Shown in pieces: positions 29,158 to 50,400 of a stretch of 64,000 nucleotides of DNA. Under the pieces are notes generated by a model that was not told where the DNA came from, ran no database searches, and saw only the letters and a list, made by a program, of their open reading frames with translations. This DNA comes from Piromyces finnis finn (lineage: Eukaryota; Fungi; Neocallimastigomycota). The position numbers and the translations under genes are program-made. Numbering within the stretch: the first letter of the stretch is position 1; the number at the start of each line of letters is the position of its first letter. The DNA lies in contig MCFH01000005.1 of the NCBI GenBank assembly GCA_002104945.1, positions 496,001 through 560,000 of the forward strand. Reading direction: 5' to 3'.

Positions 29158-31044
29158 ATGTTACCATTTCTAAGATTAGGTAGTAGGAAACAAATTCAAA
29201 AAAATAATTCAGTTATCATAACTAGATTTATGATAATGAGAAACAATGTTATGGATTATTCAAATATGAATAATGTTGATCAAAATAAATTACCATATAT
29301 AGATCCAAATGCTACAGGTTATTGTAATAATATTAATAATAATAGGAATATGAATAATAATAATAATTATCAATGTTCTAATTCAGTGGAGGAAACTAAT
29401 GATCAATTTTTAATGGAAAATAATATAGAAAAAGAAATAAAAGAAGAAGTAGAAGTAGTAGAAGAAGAAGAAGAAGAAGAAGGAGACGAAGAATATGATA
29501 ATAAAAATCATAAGTTAACAACAATATCAGAAGGATCAGAAGCATATAAATCAAAAATTAGTGAAAATGAATATGAAGAATATTATAGTAGCTATCCAAC
29601 AGATTTAACATCAACTAATGGATCAACATTTATGAAATCTATGTCGATACCATCTTCAATTTCGATTTCTGATTCATTAGAGATTTCTGATGAAAAATCA
29701 AAAATTAGATTTAAATATAAAACAAAGTCAAAGCCGAAACATAAACCCAAATCAAAAAAAGTAAAGTCAAAATCAAAGAAAAAATCTGATTATAGTTCAT
29801 CCTCCAATTCATCCTCAAATTCATCCTCAAATTCATCCTCAAATTCATCCTCAAGTTCATCCTCAAGTTTATCCTCAAGTTCATCTTCAAAATCAGATTC
29901 AAATTCATATTTAAAATCAAAATCCAAATCAAGAAAGAAATCAGGAAAGAAAGCTAAAAGTAAAACAAATGATCAATCAAAGAGTGATGAATCAAAAGAT
30001 GCGTTAAAAGATAAAGCAAAGGATATTGATGATGTAGAAAATAAATCAGATAGTTCAATAAATAAAAATATAAATAATGAAGAGCATACAATAAATGCAG
30101 AAGAAAATGATAAAGAAAATGAAAATAAATTTTCATCAAATATTGAAGATAATATTGAAACATTATCAGAACAACGTCATAGATTTAAATTGATGACAGA
30201 AGTATTATCAGAGTCAGAATTAGAAAAGCTACGAAAACTAACAAATAATAATGTTAATACAAATAAATTCGATTTTATAATTAAAAAAAATAATAATGAG
30301 GTAATTGAAAATTGTAATGAAGATAATAAAGATAATAATGATAGTACAGATAATATAAATAATGATAGTAAAGATAATATAAATAATGATAGTACAGATA
30401 ATAAAAATAATAATGAAAAAAATGAGAAAGTAGAACAAAAACACAGGAGTAGACGATATCATCATGCAACTGATACTAATTCAGAATCTTATTCATATTC
30501 GGAAACTGAATTGAGATCAAATAGTGAGGAAAATTATGTAAGAAAGAAAAGCATAAGTCAATCTGATTATAAAACAGAATCAAATGAGGATAGAGATTCC
30601 AGAAGAAAAGCTAATAATAATGACAGCAATAATAGTTCAAAATCAGGATATGAAACATCCGAAATATCAAAGAATAATAGTATTCAAAAAGATAAATATA
30701 TTAATACAAATGATAATTTAGACATTTCGAAGAAAAAGAAGAGTACAAAAAAGACTATAAAATCTTCTGAAAAAGATAAAAAGGAAAAGTCTAAAAAAGA
30801 TGGAAAATCAATTAAAAAAGCTACAACAAAAATTAAAGCTACTAAAACAAAAAATAAGTCTAATGATAGTAAGTTACTACAACATCATAACCATCGACAC
30901 CATCATTGTTGTATACTTGATCCTAATATTCCATTAACAGAAGAACAAAGAAAAATAATTGTAGATCATATAAAACATCATCATCAAAATATCCAAAATC
31001 AATTAGAACAAATTAATGAAGAAAGGAAGAAAAATAGCAATTAA
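29158..31044 (+). CDS. Low-complexity Lys/Ser/Asn/Asp/Glu-rich protein of unknown function
   Basis: Uninterrupted 628-codon ORF in very AT-rich DNA, with internal SSSN and DNINNDS repeats and a His-rich C-terminus; no recognised domain; true start codon uncertain. Confidence 0.65.
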   Translation: MLPFLRLGSRKQIQKNNSVIITRFMIMRNNVMDYSNMNNVDQNKLPYIDPNATGYCNNINNNRNMNNNNNYQCSNSVEETNDQFLMENNIEKEIKEEVEVVEEEEEEEGDEEYDNKNHKLTTISEGSEAYKSKISENEYEEYYSSYPTDLTSTNGSTFMKSMSIPSSISISDSLEISDEKSKIRFKYKTKSKPKHKPKSKKVKSKSKKKSDYSSSSNSSSNSSSNSSSNSSSSSSSSLSSSSSSKSDSNSYLKSKSKSRKKSGKKAKSKTNDQSKSDESKDALKDKAKDIDDVENKSDSSINKNINNEEHTINAEENDKENENKFSSNIEDNIETLSEQRHRFKLMTEVLSESELEKLRKLTNNNVNTNKFDFIIKKNNNEVIENCNEDNKDNNDSTDNINNDSKDNINNDSTDNKNNNEKNEKVEQKHRSRRYHHATDTNSESYSYSETELRSNSEENYVRKKSISQSDYKTESNEDRDSRRKANNNDSNNSSKSGYETSEISKNNSIQKDKYINTNDNLDISKKKKSTKKTIKSSEKDKKEKSKKDGKSIKKATTKIKATKTKNKSNDSKLLQHHNHRHHHCCILDPNIPLTEEQRKIIVDHIKHHHQNIQNQLEQINEERKKNSN

Positions 31045-31340
31045 ATCCTTAAAGAAAAGAATGATTCAAATTAAATTATACTTATTTAGAATATTTTGTT
31101 TTTGTTATTAATTAAAAATATTTCTTAGTAAATATATGATACTTCAGAAATATTTAATTCAGTTATTTTGACAATTATTAAGAGTTAAATAATATTAAAA
31201 ATATAAATTTAGATTTTTTTTTTTTAATTTTTTTTTATCCTCTTATATATATAATATATATTTATTGTGATAATAAATAAGTAGTTAACATTAATAAATA
31301 TTATTTTATATACTTTTTATATATAATTTATATAACTGTT

Positions 31341-32373
31341 CTAATTATAAATATTATTATGAACAATAAAATCTAGTATTTCTTTTGAAAGAATTGTTTT
31401 TAACATATCTTGATTGTTATAATTTTCTTTTAATATATTTCTAGCCTCTGAACTTGATACTTTACAAATAATTTTATCATTTAACCAATTATTAAGAATG
31501 TATATTTTATTACTATATGATTTGGCGGGTCCCTCCGTTAAGAAATAGTTTAATTCGCCATTTTCTTTTCTCTCTGAGATATTAGTATTTTCATTATACA
31601 TTATCCTATCTGCACATATGATTGCACTTTCCTTAAAAAAACTATCGAGAACTTCTTTCATATCTATACCTACATAATATTTTTTCATAAAAAATCGAGT
31701 TATAGTATCCCATCCCATTATAAAAGCAAGTAAACTATTAGGAATATATCTTTTTACTGCAGTAACTTTATCAATAAATCTTCCAACATTTGTTAAACCT
31801 ACTAAAATATTAATTTTATTTACTATATTTTATAGAAAAATTGTAAGTTTAATAATTACGAATTATATAATAAGACATTAACTTATATTAACATTTAATT
31901 GTAAAAATAATAATATTACATTTATATTTTATTTCTTTAAATGAATCATTTACAATTTCCATTATATGATTTTGAAATATATTTGTAACAATTTCCATCA
32001 TTTTTAACCTTTGTGATAATGAAGCACCAATTATTTTTTTGTCAACATTATTATTTGTTATTAAGAGTAAAAATGTATAATGAAAACATTGATTTGCATT
32101 ATTTCTATTTGATAACATTTGTTCACAATAGAATTTAAATGTTTCAATCAAAAGTTTAATATGGGCTAAGGTTGGAGGATTAAAAGAAGAATCGAGAATT
32201 ATGATATTATTTTGTTCATTTTCATTAGAATTAATATTATTTATAATTTCATTTGTATCTATTGACATATTAGCGCTTTTATTAAATAAGTTAATTTCTT
32301 TTCCATAAGTAAATAATATTGAAGGTACGTTTTGTTCATTATTTTTAATTACTGTTTCTATGTCAAAATTCAT
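31341..32373 (-). CDS. POF1-like nicotinamide mononucleotide adenylyltransferase (cytidylyltransferase-like fold)
   Basis: LDSSFNPPTLAHIKL (HxGH-type variant), NNNVDKKIIGASLSQRLKMM, GRFIDK, FIMGWDTITRFFMKKYY and VSSSEARN, all resembling yeast Pof1; one intron near 31800-31910. Confidence 0.8.
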
Positions 32374-32824
32374 TTTAAAAATTATTAATTTTATATATAA
32401 TAGGAAAAAAAAGTTAAACTTTCATCAAAATAATTTATTTAATAAAATAAGAAAAGAATATAATTAAAATATCCATTTGATGTTTATCATTCGATATTCA
32501 ATTGATAAATGATAATTTTGATTAATATAAAATTAATTAATATATTAAAAACTTTAATATTAATAAATATGTATTTTTAATTGCTATTATACTAAAATTA
32601 TAATTTTGAATGACCAGTCTCAAAATGAATAATAATAAAATAAAAGAAGAAATACATTTTTAAAATATGCAATTAGTTTGTCTGTCAAATGTTAGAATCT
32701 TAATTAAAATTATATATATTGCATTCCATTCTTATTTTTACTTTTATTTTCCAAAGAGGATATATAACAAATTATGTATTAATGCTAATTAAATTTATTG
32801 TAATAGCAATTATGAAGTATAAAA

Positions 32825-34286
32825 ATGTCAGATTATATATTTTATACAACGTTAAATATTAAGAATACTTTTTATAAAAATGCATATAATAAAACACCAA
32901 GGCATATTGAAAATTTAAAAAAAGATTATTTTAAATTAAAAAAAATTATAGAAAAACAAAATAATTCTAAGAATGAAGCTCAAGGTATAATAAGAATTAT
33001 TTATCATTATAATACTGTATACATTGATGAAAAAGATGAGAAAAAGCAGAAAGTGAATCTTAAGTTTTCATTTCAATCAATATTTAAGATTTTAAAAAAT
33101 CCAGAAATATCTATTGTCATTGTAGAAGATGTAAATTCTTTTAATTGTAACAAATCAGAAGACTTAGTGAGAAAATTTAAAGAAATACACAAAAATGTAA
33201 ATCAAAATATTAAAGTTGTTAAAATAGGAGATCTAAAGAATTCAAGTATTACTATTCCATCAAATATAAATACAAATAAAAAAGAATTTAAAAATGGGAA
33301 ACAAATAAAAAGAAATTATGCACTATTTATCCAGTTAAAAGCTGATAATATTTGTTTTATTAGTCAACCATACACTTTAATGTGTTCTAAACGATTTTCT
33401 CATACAAGTGAAACTAGAAAAAAAAGCTTTTTTAATAACTTATTAAAAGATGTTGAAAATACTGACAATATTAATTATTATTATAATTTAATTTTTAATA
33501 ATCAAAATGAAAGCGAAAATAAGGAAGAAGTTGTTTTCAATGCATATTTTAATTATAAAATAAAATTATTTAACATTGATAAAAAACTATTATTAGACAA
33601 TACTGATAACAAACCGACCATTAAAAAGATTATAGATATTATAGAAATTTTATATAATATACATGACAATCATTCTTCTTGTGTTAACGTTCAATTATCA
33701 GGTATTCATTATAGTTTTATAATTGTATATTATATACAAAAATTATAATAGTAAATTAAAATGTTTTATAAATATATAAGGTACAGAATCTTTAAATCAA
33801 TCTTCCAACGTAGTCTTTAACAAAAATTATTCAAATATAAGCAATAATATATTATATCAAGAATCCATATCATCAAGTTCTTTTTTAAATAAAAATATTA
33901 ATAATTCTGATGAAGTTATTAATAGTGAAAATGATGATTCTCCATGCATTGGTTATGATAATCTATCAAATATAAGTTTACAATCAACATTTCAAACGAG
34001 GAATGCTTTTTATGAAATTTCTAATAGATATACTCCTTACTTTCAATCAATGTATAATGAAAATCAAGAAATGCTAAGAGAATGCATAAAAGCATCAAAC
34101 TTCATAAATCAATCTTATCATATGTCTTTTATTTCAACTCTACAATTTCTTTTTAAAAGAAATATAAATAATCTAACTATAGAACCAAGTAATATATTAT
34201 TTAATAATTCTATGAATTCTTATAGAGAGAATGAACAAAAAATATTTTCATACAATAATTTAAGTTATAATAATAATAAATATTAA
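32825..34286 (+). CDS. Hypothetical protein (~460 aa), two exons
   Basis: Exon 32825-33701 and exon 33781-34286 join in frame through a GT-AG intron, merging the two predicted ORFs; no recognised domain. Confidence 0.6.
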
Positions 34287-35634
34287 TTTATATTAATAAT
34301 AATCGTTTAAATAAATTAATCTCGATAGAGAGAGAGAAAAAAAAAAAAACTAAAAAGAAATATACAGTTAAAAATTGAATAAGGTAATAATTAGAAATTT
34401 ATAAATTAATGTTGATCAAAATTCTAGTCATATGAATTTTCTATATAAAAATTTAATTTAAAAAACCATGGACAATAAAATTAATTATTTGCTTTAATAT
34501 TTAATTTAATAACTGATTGTAAATTTTTTTTTTTATAATCCTTTACTTATTTAATCAGAATTAAAATACAATTTTCAATTATAATTAAGATTGTATGATT
34601 TTTTTTTTTTTTTTTTTTAAAATATAATAATAAAAATAATAACAATAATATTGATATATTAGCTGTAAAAATATATCCCATAAGTTTTAGTGATATCCAA
34701 TTTATATTTAAATAGTCAAAATTTAAGAAATATAAATAATAATAAAATAATAATATTTTAATATATTTCGACAATAAATAAATAGATTTTAATAATTAAA
34801 TTGTTATTATATTTTCAATATCTCCTTTATCAGAAATCATGACTTTCTACTATATTTATCAATATATCTTTTAAAGAGTAAATAATAATTAATTATTTAG
34901 AATTAATGAAAGTTTTGATTCTTGAATTTTTTTTTTTAACTATTATTACATTTTTCTTTTATATCCTTTTATATCATTATCATTTTAATTATTATATACG
35001 ATTTTTAAGTAATAATTGATTTGTTTAAATTAATTTTAATTTAAAATTATAGTATTATAAAAATTGTTGTAGTTTGAAATGAGATTGTGATAAATATATC
35101 ATTTAATTAATAATAAAAACAAAAATAATTATGATAATAAAATATTTTTTAATTTTCATTTATTAATTATTAAATTATATATAATAATATTATTATTGTT
35201 AATAATTTGTAATAACTAATAGGAATTTTTCTTTTTATTTAAATATTTTTAAATTAATAAAGGTTTAATTTCATACATAATTATAGCTTCAGCAGAGTTT
35301 TAATAAGCAATAAAAAAAGAAAAATTAACAATTATTGCTTGTATTATATATATATATATATAAATATAGTCATATAGACATTTAAGTTAAAGTCTAAAAA
35401 AAAAGAAGATTATAATATAATATATATTAATTTTGTTGTTATTGAAAATTCTTTTTTCTTCTTCTTCAAATGTCAATAGTATTAATATATATACCAATTT
35501 TTATAAATTAAATACCAAATTATATTTGAAAAGTCATTTTGGAATCTTTAAATTTCTACTTCTTTATTATTATCTTATTTAATATATATATATATATATT
35601 GAAATATTAAATAAATAAATATCGATTTTTACAG

Positions 35635-43551
<7,917 letters not shown>

Positions 43552-43963
43552 ATCTACACACAAAAATCAATAAATTTTATTAAAATTTTTATTATTATTT
43601 TTATTTAATTTATTCCATAAAAATTTTAATTTTTTATTTTATGTTTTCTAATTTTATTTAGTATGACATTATTTTTATTTTGTTATATATTTTAAACAAA
43701 ATAAGTATAAAAAATAAAATAAAATTTAAAAAATAGTCTTTAATAATTTTGAAATTTTGTTAATTACTTTTTTTTTTTTTATTATTATTATTTTATTTAT
43801 TTTTTTTTCTTTTTTTTGATAATAAGCTTAAAAAAAAAAAAAGATATTTCTATTTTATTGATAATTTTATTTTTTTACATATAAAATTTTTATTATCATT
43901 GGTGTTGTTATATAATTTTAATTCTATGATAACACACAATATAAATTTGCAATTTTAAATTAT

Positions 43964-44645
43964 TTAATTTTTAGTTTTTAATTCTTCAATACAATGATCA
44001 ATTTCAACAATTGATTCTTTTAATTGCTTCCAAGCATCCATAGTTAATGATATACCTGTATACACATACATATATTTAAAATAGAAAAATAAAATAATAT
44101 AAAATTAGATTTATTATATATATATATATGATACATATGACATATAAATTATATTGAATAAAATAAATACCTTTCTTTGATGGTCTATATTCGTTATTAC
44201 TATTCTTGTAAAATTCTCTAATATATACATATATAAATATCATATATTAATACAATTTAATTCATAAAAAACATAAATTTTTATTTATTTTTTTTTTTCT
44301 TTAGTATTACCTTATATCAACAAAAGTCATATTTTTAAAATTACTAACTTGAACACGTCTCTTATTATCAAGCTATTCATAATATTATTGAAATATTTTC
44401 ATTTTTGATAGAATATATATAGAATATTATTGTTATTAATATTATTGTTTTATATGTAAATTTCTTAATAAGAAATTTCATAAAATGTTGTTTTAAGATA
44501 TTTTTTATTTTAAAATAAACTATTTTTTATAAAACATATCATTTATATTAATTCTGAAAATATAATATGTATAATTTCTTACTTGAATCGTGTATGAACC
44601 ATCTTCATTTGATTCAACCTTTCCGACTTTTCCTTTATTTTCCAT
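43964..44645 (-). CDS. SUB1: Transcriptional coactivator PC4/Sub1 (ssDNA-binding); missed by the ORF track
   Basis: Four short exons splice to MENKGKVGKVESNEDGSYTIQ|LDNKRRVQVSNFKNMTFVDIR|EFYKNSNNEYRPSKKG|ISLTMDAWKQLKESIVEIDHCIEEL, the PC4 domain signature (RRV.V..FK....VDIREFY...G.KGISL...QW). Confidence 0.92.
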
Positions 44646-45281
44646 GTTTAATTCTTTTTTTTTTTTTTTTTTTTTTTACTTTATTATATTCGTAATATAA
44701 ATAGCCATTTAATTTGAAGTGTTAGTAATAAAGAAAAAAAAAACATAAATATTATTAATATAATTTTTTAATAGTGTATATAATATTTATTTTGAATAAT
44801 CACTTCTTTTTTCTATTCGTTCGTCGTTATTTGATAAGTTGGTACAAAAAAGTTTAATAAAAATTAAGGTTAATTTTAACTTTTAAATTCTTTGCTTATA
44901 TAGAAAAAAAAAATTTTTTTATTGGTAAATTATTAATAAAAATATCACCATTTATTTAAGATATTTTTTAACTTATTTTTAATTATTATCATAATTTTTA
45001 TTAAAACAGAAAAAATAAATTTGAGAAGTTAAACTTTTTATTTAATATTTTTTTTTAATATTATATAATTTTAATTTTTTTTTTTTTTTTTTTTTTTTTA
45101 CATTTAATATTTCGATAATATACAAATAGTTAAAAAGAATGATATGATAAAAAGAAATAGTAATACTATAATACTATAATATTTATAATTATTTACATTA
45201 TTATTAAAGTTAAATTATATATTTGTCAATTATTTGATATCCTAATTAATATTAATAATATAATAGTAAAAAAAAAAGAAT

Positions 45282-46919
45282 TTATTCAGTTTGATCTTTA
45301 ATAAAAGCTTGAACTTGTTTATCTGCCAATTCAATTGGTTTTTGCTTTTCACTGTTTAATATTTCAACATTTGCACCTTCTTGAATTAAATATACAGCAA
45401 TATCACCCTTGATTTATAATTATATTTGTATATTTAATATATAATTTTTGTGTTAATTATATGTGTATGTATTAATTGTATTTATATAATATGAATTTTT
45501 ATAAATGCTTACACATCCTTCTTCACAAGCAATATGTAAAGCAGTATTTCCTTGTGCATCTTTAGCATTAATGTTGATGTGATGCTCAACTAAAAGTTTA
45601 ACAAATGCTTTATTTGATTTAAGGGATGCTCTATGAAGAGCTGTCTTTTAATAGCAATAGTAATAAATATATAAATAAATAATATGTTTTAATAACAAAA
45701 AAAAAAAGATTAGATATATATTTATAATAAATAACATTAATATGATAAAAAATTTTGATATATAATTATATTTATATTTATTATTCTTACTTGTTTTTGT
45801 TTATCAATAAGATCAATTTGAATATCATGCTTAAATAATTCTTTTGCAATTTCTAAACGGTTTTTACTTGCAGCGTAATGAAGAGCGGTTTGACCATTTT
45901 CATTTTGGGCATTGACATCACATTCTGCTTCTAATAATAGCTTAACAATATCCATATTACCGACAGAAACTGTTAAATGTATTATTAATTAATATTTTTA
46001 TAATTTTATTGTTTTATATTTGATTATCATTTATTTATATCTATTTATTTTACCTGCAATCATGAGCGGAGTCCAACTTGCCTAAGTATTAATATAATAA
46101 AAAAAAATATTTTACTTATTAGTAAAAATTATATAAAACTATTTTTCTTTATATTAAGAATTAATAATACTTCATCTTCAGCATCAACATCAGCTCCCTA
46201 TAAAATATGAATAATTATAATTGTTATTAACTTTATTTTTTTTTTTTTTTAAAAAAAATTTAACAATAGTTCATACAGTAAACAAAAATTTATTTATTAA
46301 TAGTTACAGCTTTAATTAAATATTCTGCTATATCAACTTTACTACCACTATTAAATGTAATTACAATAAATATATTTTAAATGTTAATAATATTATTTTA
46401 TATATATATATATATATATAAAAAAAAAAAAAAAAAAAAAAAAAAGTCATTTGCTGACATAATAATTATTATTGTTTAATAATGGTTAATCTTCAATTTC
46501 GAAATTTTGAAATTTTAAAATTAGAATTTAAAAAATACCTAATTGCCCAATGAAGAGGAGCTAATAATATACATATATATAAAAAGAGGAAATATAATAA
46601 TAATAAAAGGAAGAAGAAAATTAAATTAGTGTATAAATGATACTATTTATTATTAATAGTATTATTTGATAATGAAATTGTTTGTAGTATTTAAAATAGT
46701 CAATTTTAATAATACTATAAAAATTCATTTTAAAAATTTAATTATTAAAAACATTTCAACTATTGTATATAAAAAGCTAATGTGTTTTTTACTTCTTTCA
46801 TCTTCGTCCTTTGAGTTAATAATTTTTTTATTATCTTCGACTAAAGTTTTAACCTCATTGAATTTTCCTTCATAAGAAGCAAGAAAAATGTTGCTTTGTT
46901 CTTCCTTTTTTTGAACCAT
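45282..46919 (-). CDS. Ankyrin-repeat proteasome assembly chaperone NAS6/gankyrin (PSMD10)-like
   Basis: Eight exons splice to about seven ankyrin repeats (DEDERTPLHWAISG, DEASWTPLMIAVSVG, NENGQTALHYAASKN, QTALHRAS, GNTALHIACEEG), ~225 aa, an arrangement typical of gankyrin. Confidence 0.82.
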
Positions 46920-47492
46920 ATTGCTTTTATTTATTTTTTATTATTTTTTATAAAAAAAAATTATGGAAATGTATAAACTATACTTTTAAGATATGAAAAT
47001 TTTTTAAAAAAAATTTTTTTTAATGAAAATAAAAAGAATAAATATTAAACTAATTTAGTAATAAATTAAATTTACTTTGAAATAAAAAAAATTCAATTTT
47101 CAAGAATTGTTATTTTTTTTTTTTTATCACATTTAATATTAATTTTATCAGTATAATTTTTAACACTTTTACTATTTTCAAAATTTTTAACATAATAAAT
47201 AATACTTTATTACATAAATCAAGAAATATTTTAATTAATTAATAATCCTTTATTATACAATTTAATTTCTAATAAAATAAAAAAGATGTAGTAAGATGTA
47301 TATAACAAGTTGTTATTTTAACATATTATCCCAAAATATTGGAATTTTTTGTTTTCTTTAATTATATATATGTATCTTATAACCAAATACAATATATAAT
47401 TAAAATAATAAATGCTTTAAAAAAAAGATAATAATAATTGATATAGTAATATTAATAATATATTTAGAATAATTTAAATTAAGTATTTTTTC

Positions 47493-50400
47493 CTATTCCT
47501 TTATTTTTTCTTTATTTAATGGAATAATGATAATATCTTTTTCGGTTTTATTCGATGGGTCTTTAACAATAACATAATATGGCGGATTTTCTTTCTTTTC
47601 ATTAAGTTTATCAAAATCAAAATATTTGCATTGCCTAGTTTTGGCATGACGAGCACATGAATCAGATCGAGTAAAACCTCGAAGACAACGTGAACAACGA
47701 TATGGTATAATATAATTATGAATTCGACCATGTCGCATTAAATCATATCTTCTTCTAAAGGTTTTCGTACAATTTGGACATTGATAGGGACGAAAATCAT
47801 CACCATGTTCAATGAAATGTTTTTCTAAATGAATAGATTTTCCAAATGCTTTATTACAATTTGGATAGGTACAAACTAAATCTTCTAATCCAAGTTCTTT
47901 ATCTTCAAGATCACCTTCACATACACATCTTAATGGATAAATATCCTGATCATCCTTTGTTTGGAATTTTGTTAATACTTTTAATTCAGAAACATAAATA
48001 CTAATATTGTTGCTATTGTATTTAACTTTTGACATTACACCATCTTCAGATATATCTTTATTTCTTTTTTTCTTATTTTCAGATGTTTCTTTCTTTGTTC
48101 TCTTTTTTTTCTTCCCTTCAGATGATGTTGCATTTTCTTCAAAAGATCTTTTCTTAGTTTCATTAGCAACTTTCTTTTCTTCAATTTTTCGCTTCTTTAG
48201 TACTGTATCTTCATTTTTGATTTCACCTTCTTCCTTTCTTTTAACCCCAATGGTTTCTTCTTTAAAAGGAGTATTTTGAACATTAGCTTGATCTTCCTTT
48301 TCATTTTTAATATCTTTTCTATTTTTATCTGTAGTCGAGAAATCACTTTCTTTTTCTTTATTTTCTTTTGACTTTACTATTTCTTTAAATTGATTGGTTA
48401 TTGGTTTTAGTAGCATATTATCTTCAGTCAATATATCATTATAGGTTAAATTCTTATTTTGAATTGTTGCTTCATTTAATAAATCCTCCAATGTTAAATC
48501 GCCAGTATCTATAAATGGTAAAGGCTCGGTATAATTTTTTGGTTTAAAACTACTTAATGCAGGTGATGGGACTTCAACAACATGATTACTAATGTCACTT
48601 GCTTTTGAATCATTTTTAGATTGATCACTATTTTGGTTTTTGAGTTTATCATTAGTTTTCTTTGGCTTATTTGCCTTATTATATGTAAATTTTTTCTCCA
48701 ATAAATATTTGGTATATGCAAGAGATTGGTTTTTATTTTTAATATTAGCTTCTTTAATAAGCTCAATAACTGACGCTGATTTTTTATTTGCAACATTACT
48801 TTCCTTTTCTTCATTCTTTGATACAATTATATCACTTAATTTAACCTCATTACTTTCTTTTTTATCATTCTTTAATATAATTATATCGTTTGATTTTGCC
48901 TTATTATTTTCTTTACTTAATGGATCTACAAAAACAATTGGTTCAGTAAAGGCTGCATTTTCTCTTAAGGCTAATGGTTCAGAAAACTTTAAAGGAACAG
49001 TTTTTGGCACGGTTAATTTAACTTCCTTTTCATTTTCTTTTTTATCATTTGATTGTGTATCTGAAATTTCTTTTTCACTTCTATCGTTTGATTGCTCTTT
49101 AACTGAAATTCCTTTTTTATTCTTATTTTTCGATTTAACTGAGGCTTCTTTTTCATTTTTACCTGTATTAGTTACACTTAAACTACTTTTTGCTTTAATG
49201 GATTCTACAACTGATGAAAGAGAAGAAAGAACAACAGGCGCTGTAATATTTTTGCTTAATAGCATTCTATTATTTGTGCTTCGTTTATAATGATCTTGTA
49301 CTATTGTGTTAACTTTTTTACTATTTATAGATGGAGTAATTGGAGTTGGCATCGATTTTGCCGATGGTGTTGATATTTCAGGTATTTTTGGTGTGAAGAG
49401 TGGTGTGGATACTGGTGTTGGCATTGAATTAGCCAATGGGGTAGCTATAGTATTAGTATATGGTGTAGTTTTTGGGGTGTATATGGTATTAATTGTAATA
49501 TTTTCTGGTTTTGGAGTATCCTTTGAATTTATATTGATCATATTTTCTTTATTAGGAAGAGAGACTGAATCACCTCTTCTTACTTCTTGCTTTAAAGATT
49601 TATGACTAGATGGATGCATCATTATATATACATTTTTTTCATTAATTGTACCTTTCTTGTTAAGTATTTGAGGAGATGGGTATGTAGCCTTATTTAATTT
49701 TGATGTTAAAGAGGTACTAGCAATATTTTTTGAAATTTCTTCCTTTGGGGAAATTGGCATTTTCATTTCTAATGATTTATTAATTTCATGTTGTGGTGCC
49801 TCAGTAATACTATCTAATGTAATGCCTTCCCTATTAAATGTACATTTCATGGTAACAGTATCTTTTGGTGTTGGTAAGGAATTAATAAAATCTTTTGATT
49901 TTACAGATGGTGTAGCTCCAACATTTAATAGTGGTACATCTTCAGCTTTTGTAGAATAAGATGATTCTTCATAATGAACAAACTTTGATTTGGATGGTGG
50001 GGTTGTACTAGGAATAGAATGAGAAGAATTTAATGACATAGAATTAACCCTTACAGGAGGTGATAAGCAATCTAAAGAAGGAACCTGTTGATTATCCATA
50101 GCTATACAAGTCAGATCTGATGGTATAACTAATGTAGAATTTGTTGAATCAATAACATGATCACCAGAATTAATACCAAATAATGAACTTGGTAATACAG
50201 GAGTTGTAGTACCTTGATGAGGAGTTGATAAATTATTAGACAAAATTGGCATTGAGGTTGTCATTACTAATGGTGTCGACATTTCAATGGATGAAGTAAG
50301 ATCAGTCGATGATTCATTTGGAATAATTAGATTATTACTTAAATTCATTGGAGTATTTGTATTTGATGGTAGCATATTGGAAGATATTCGATTTGAAATT

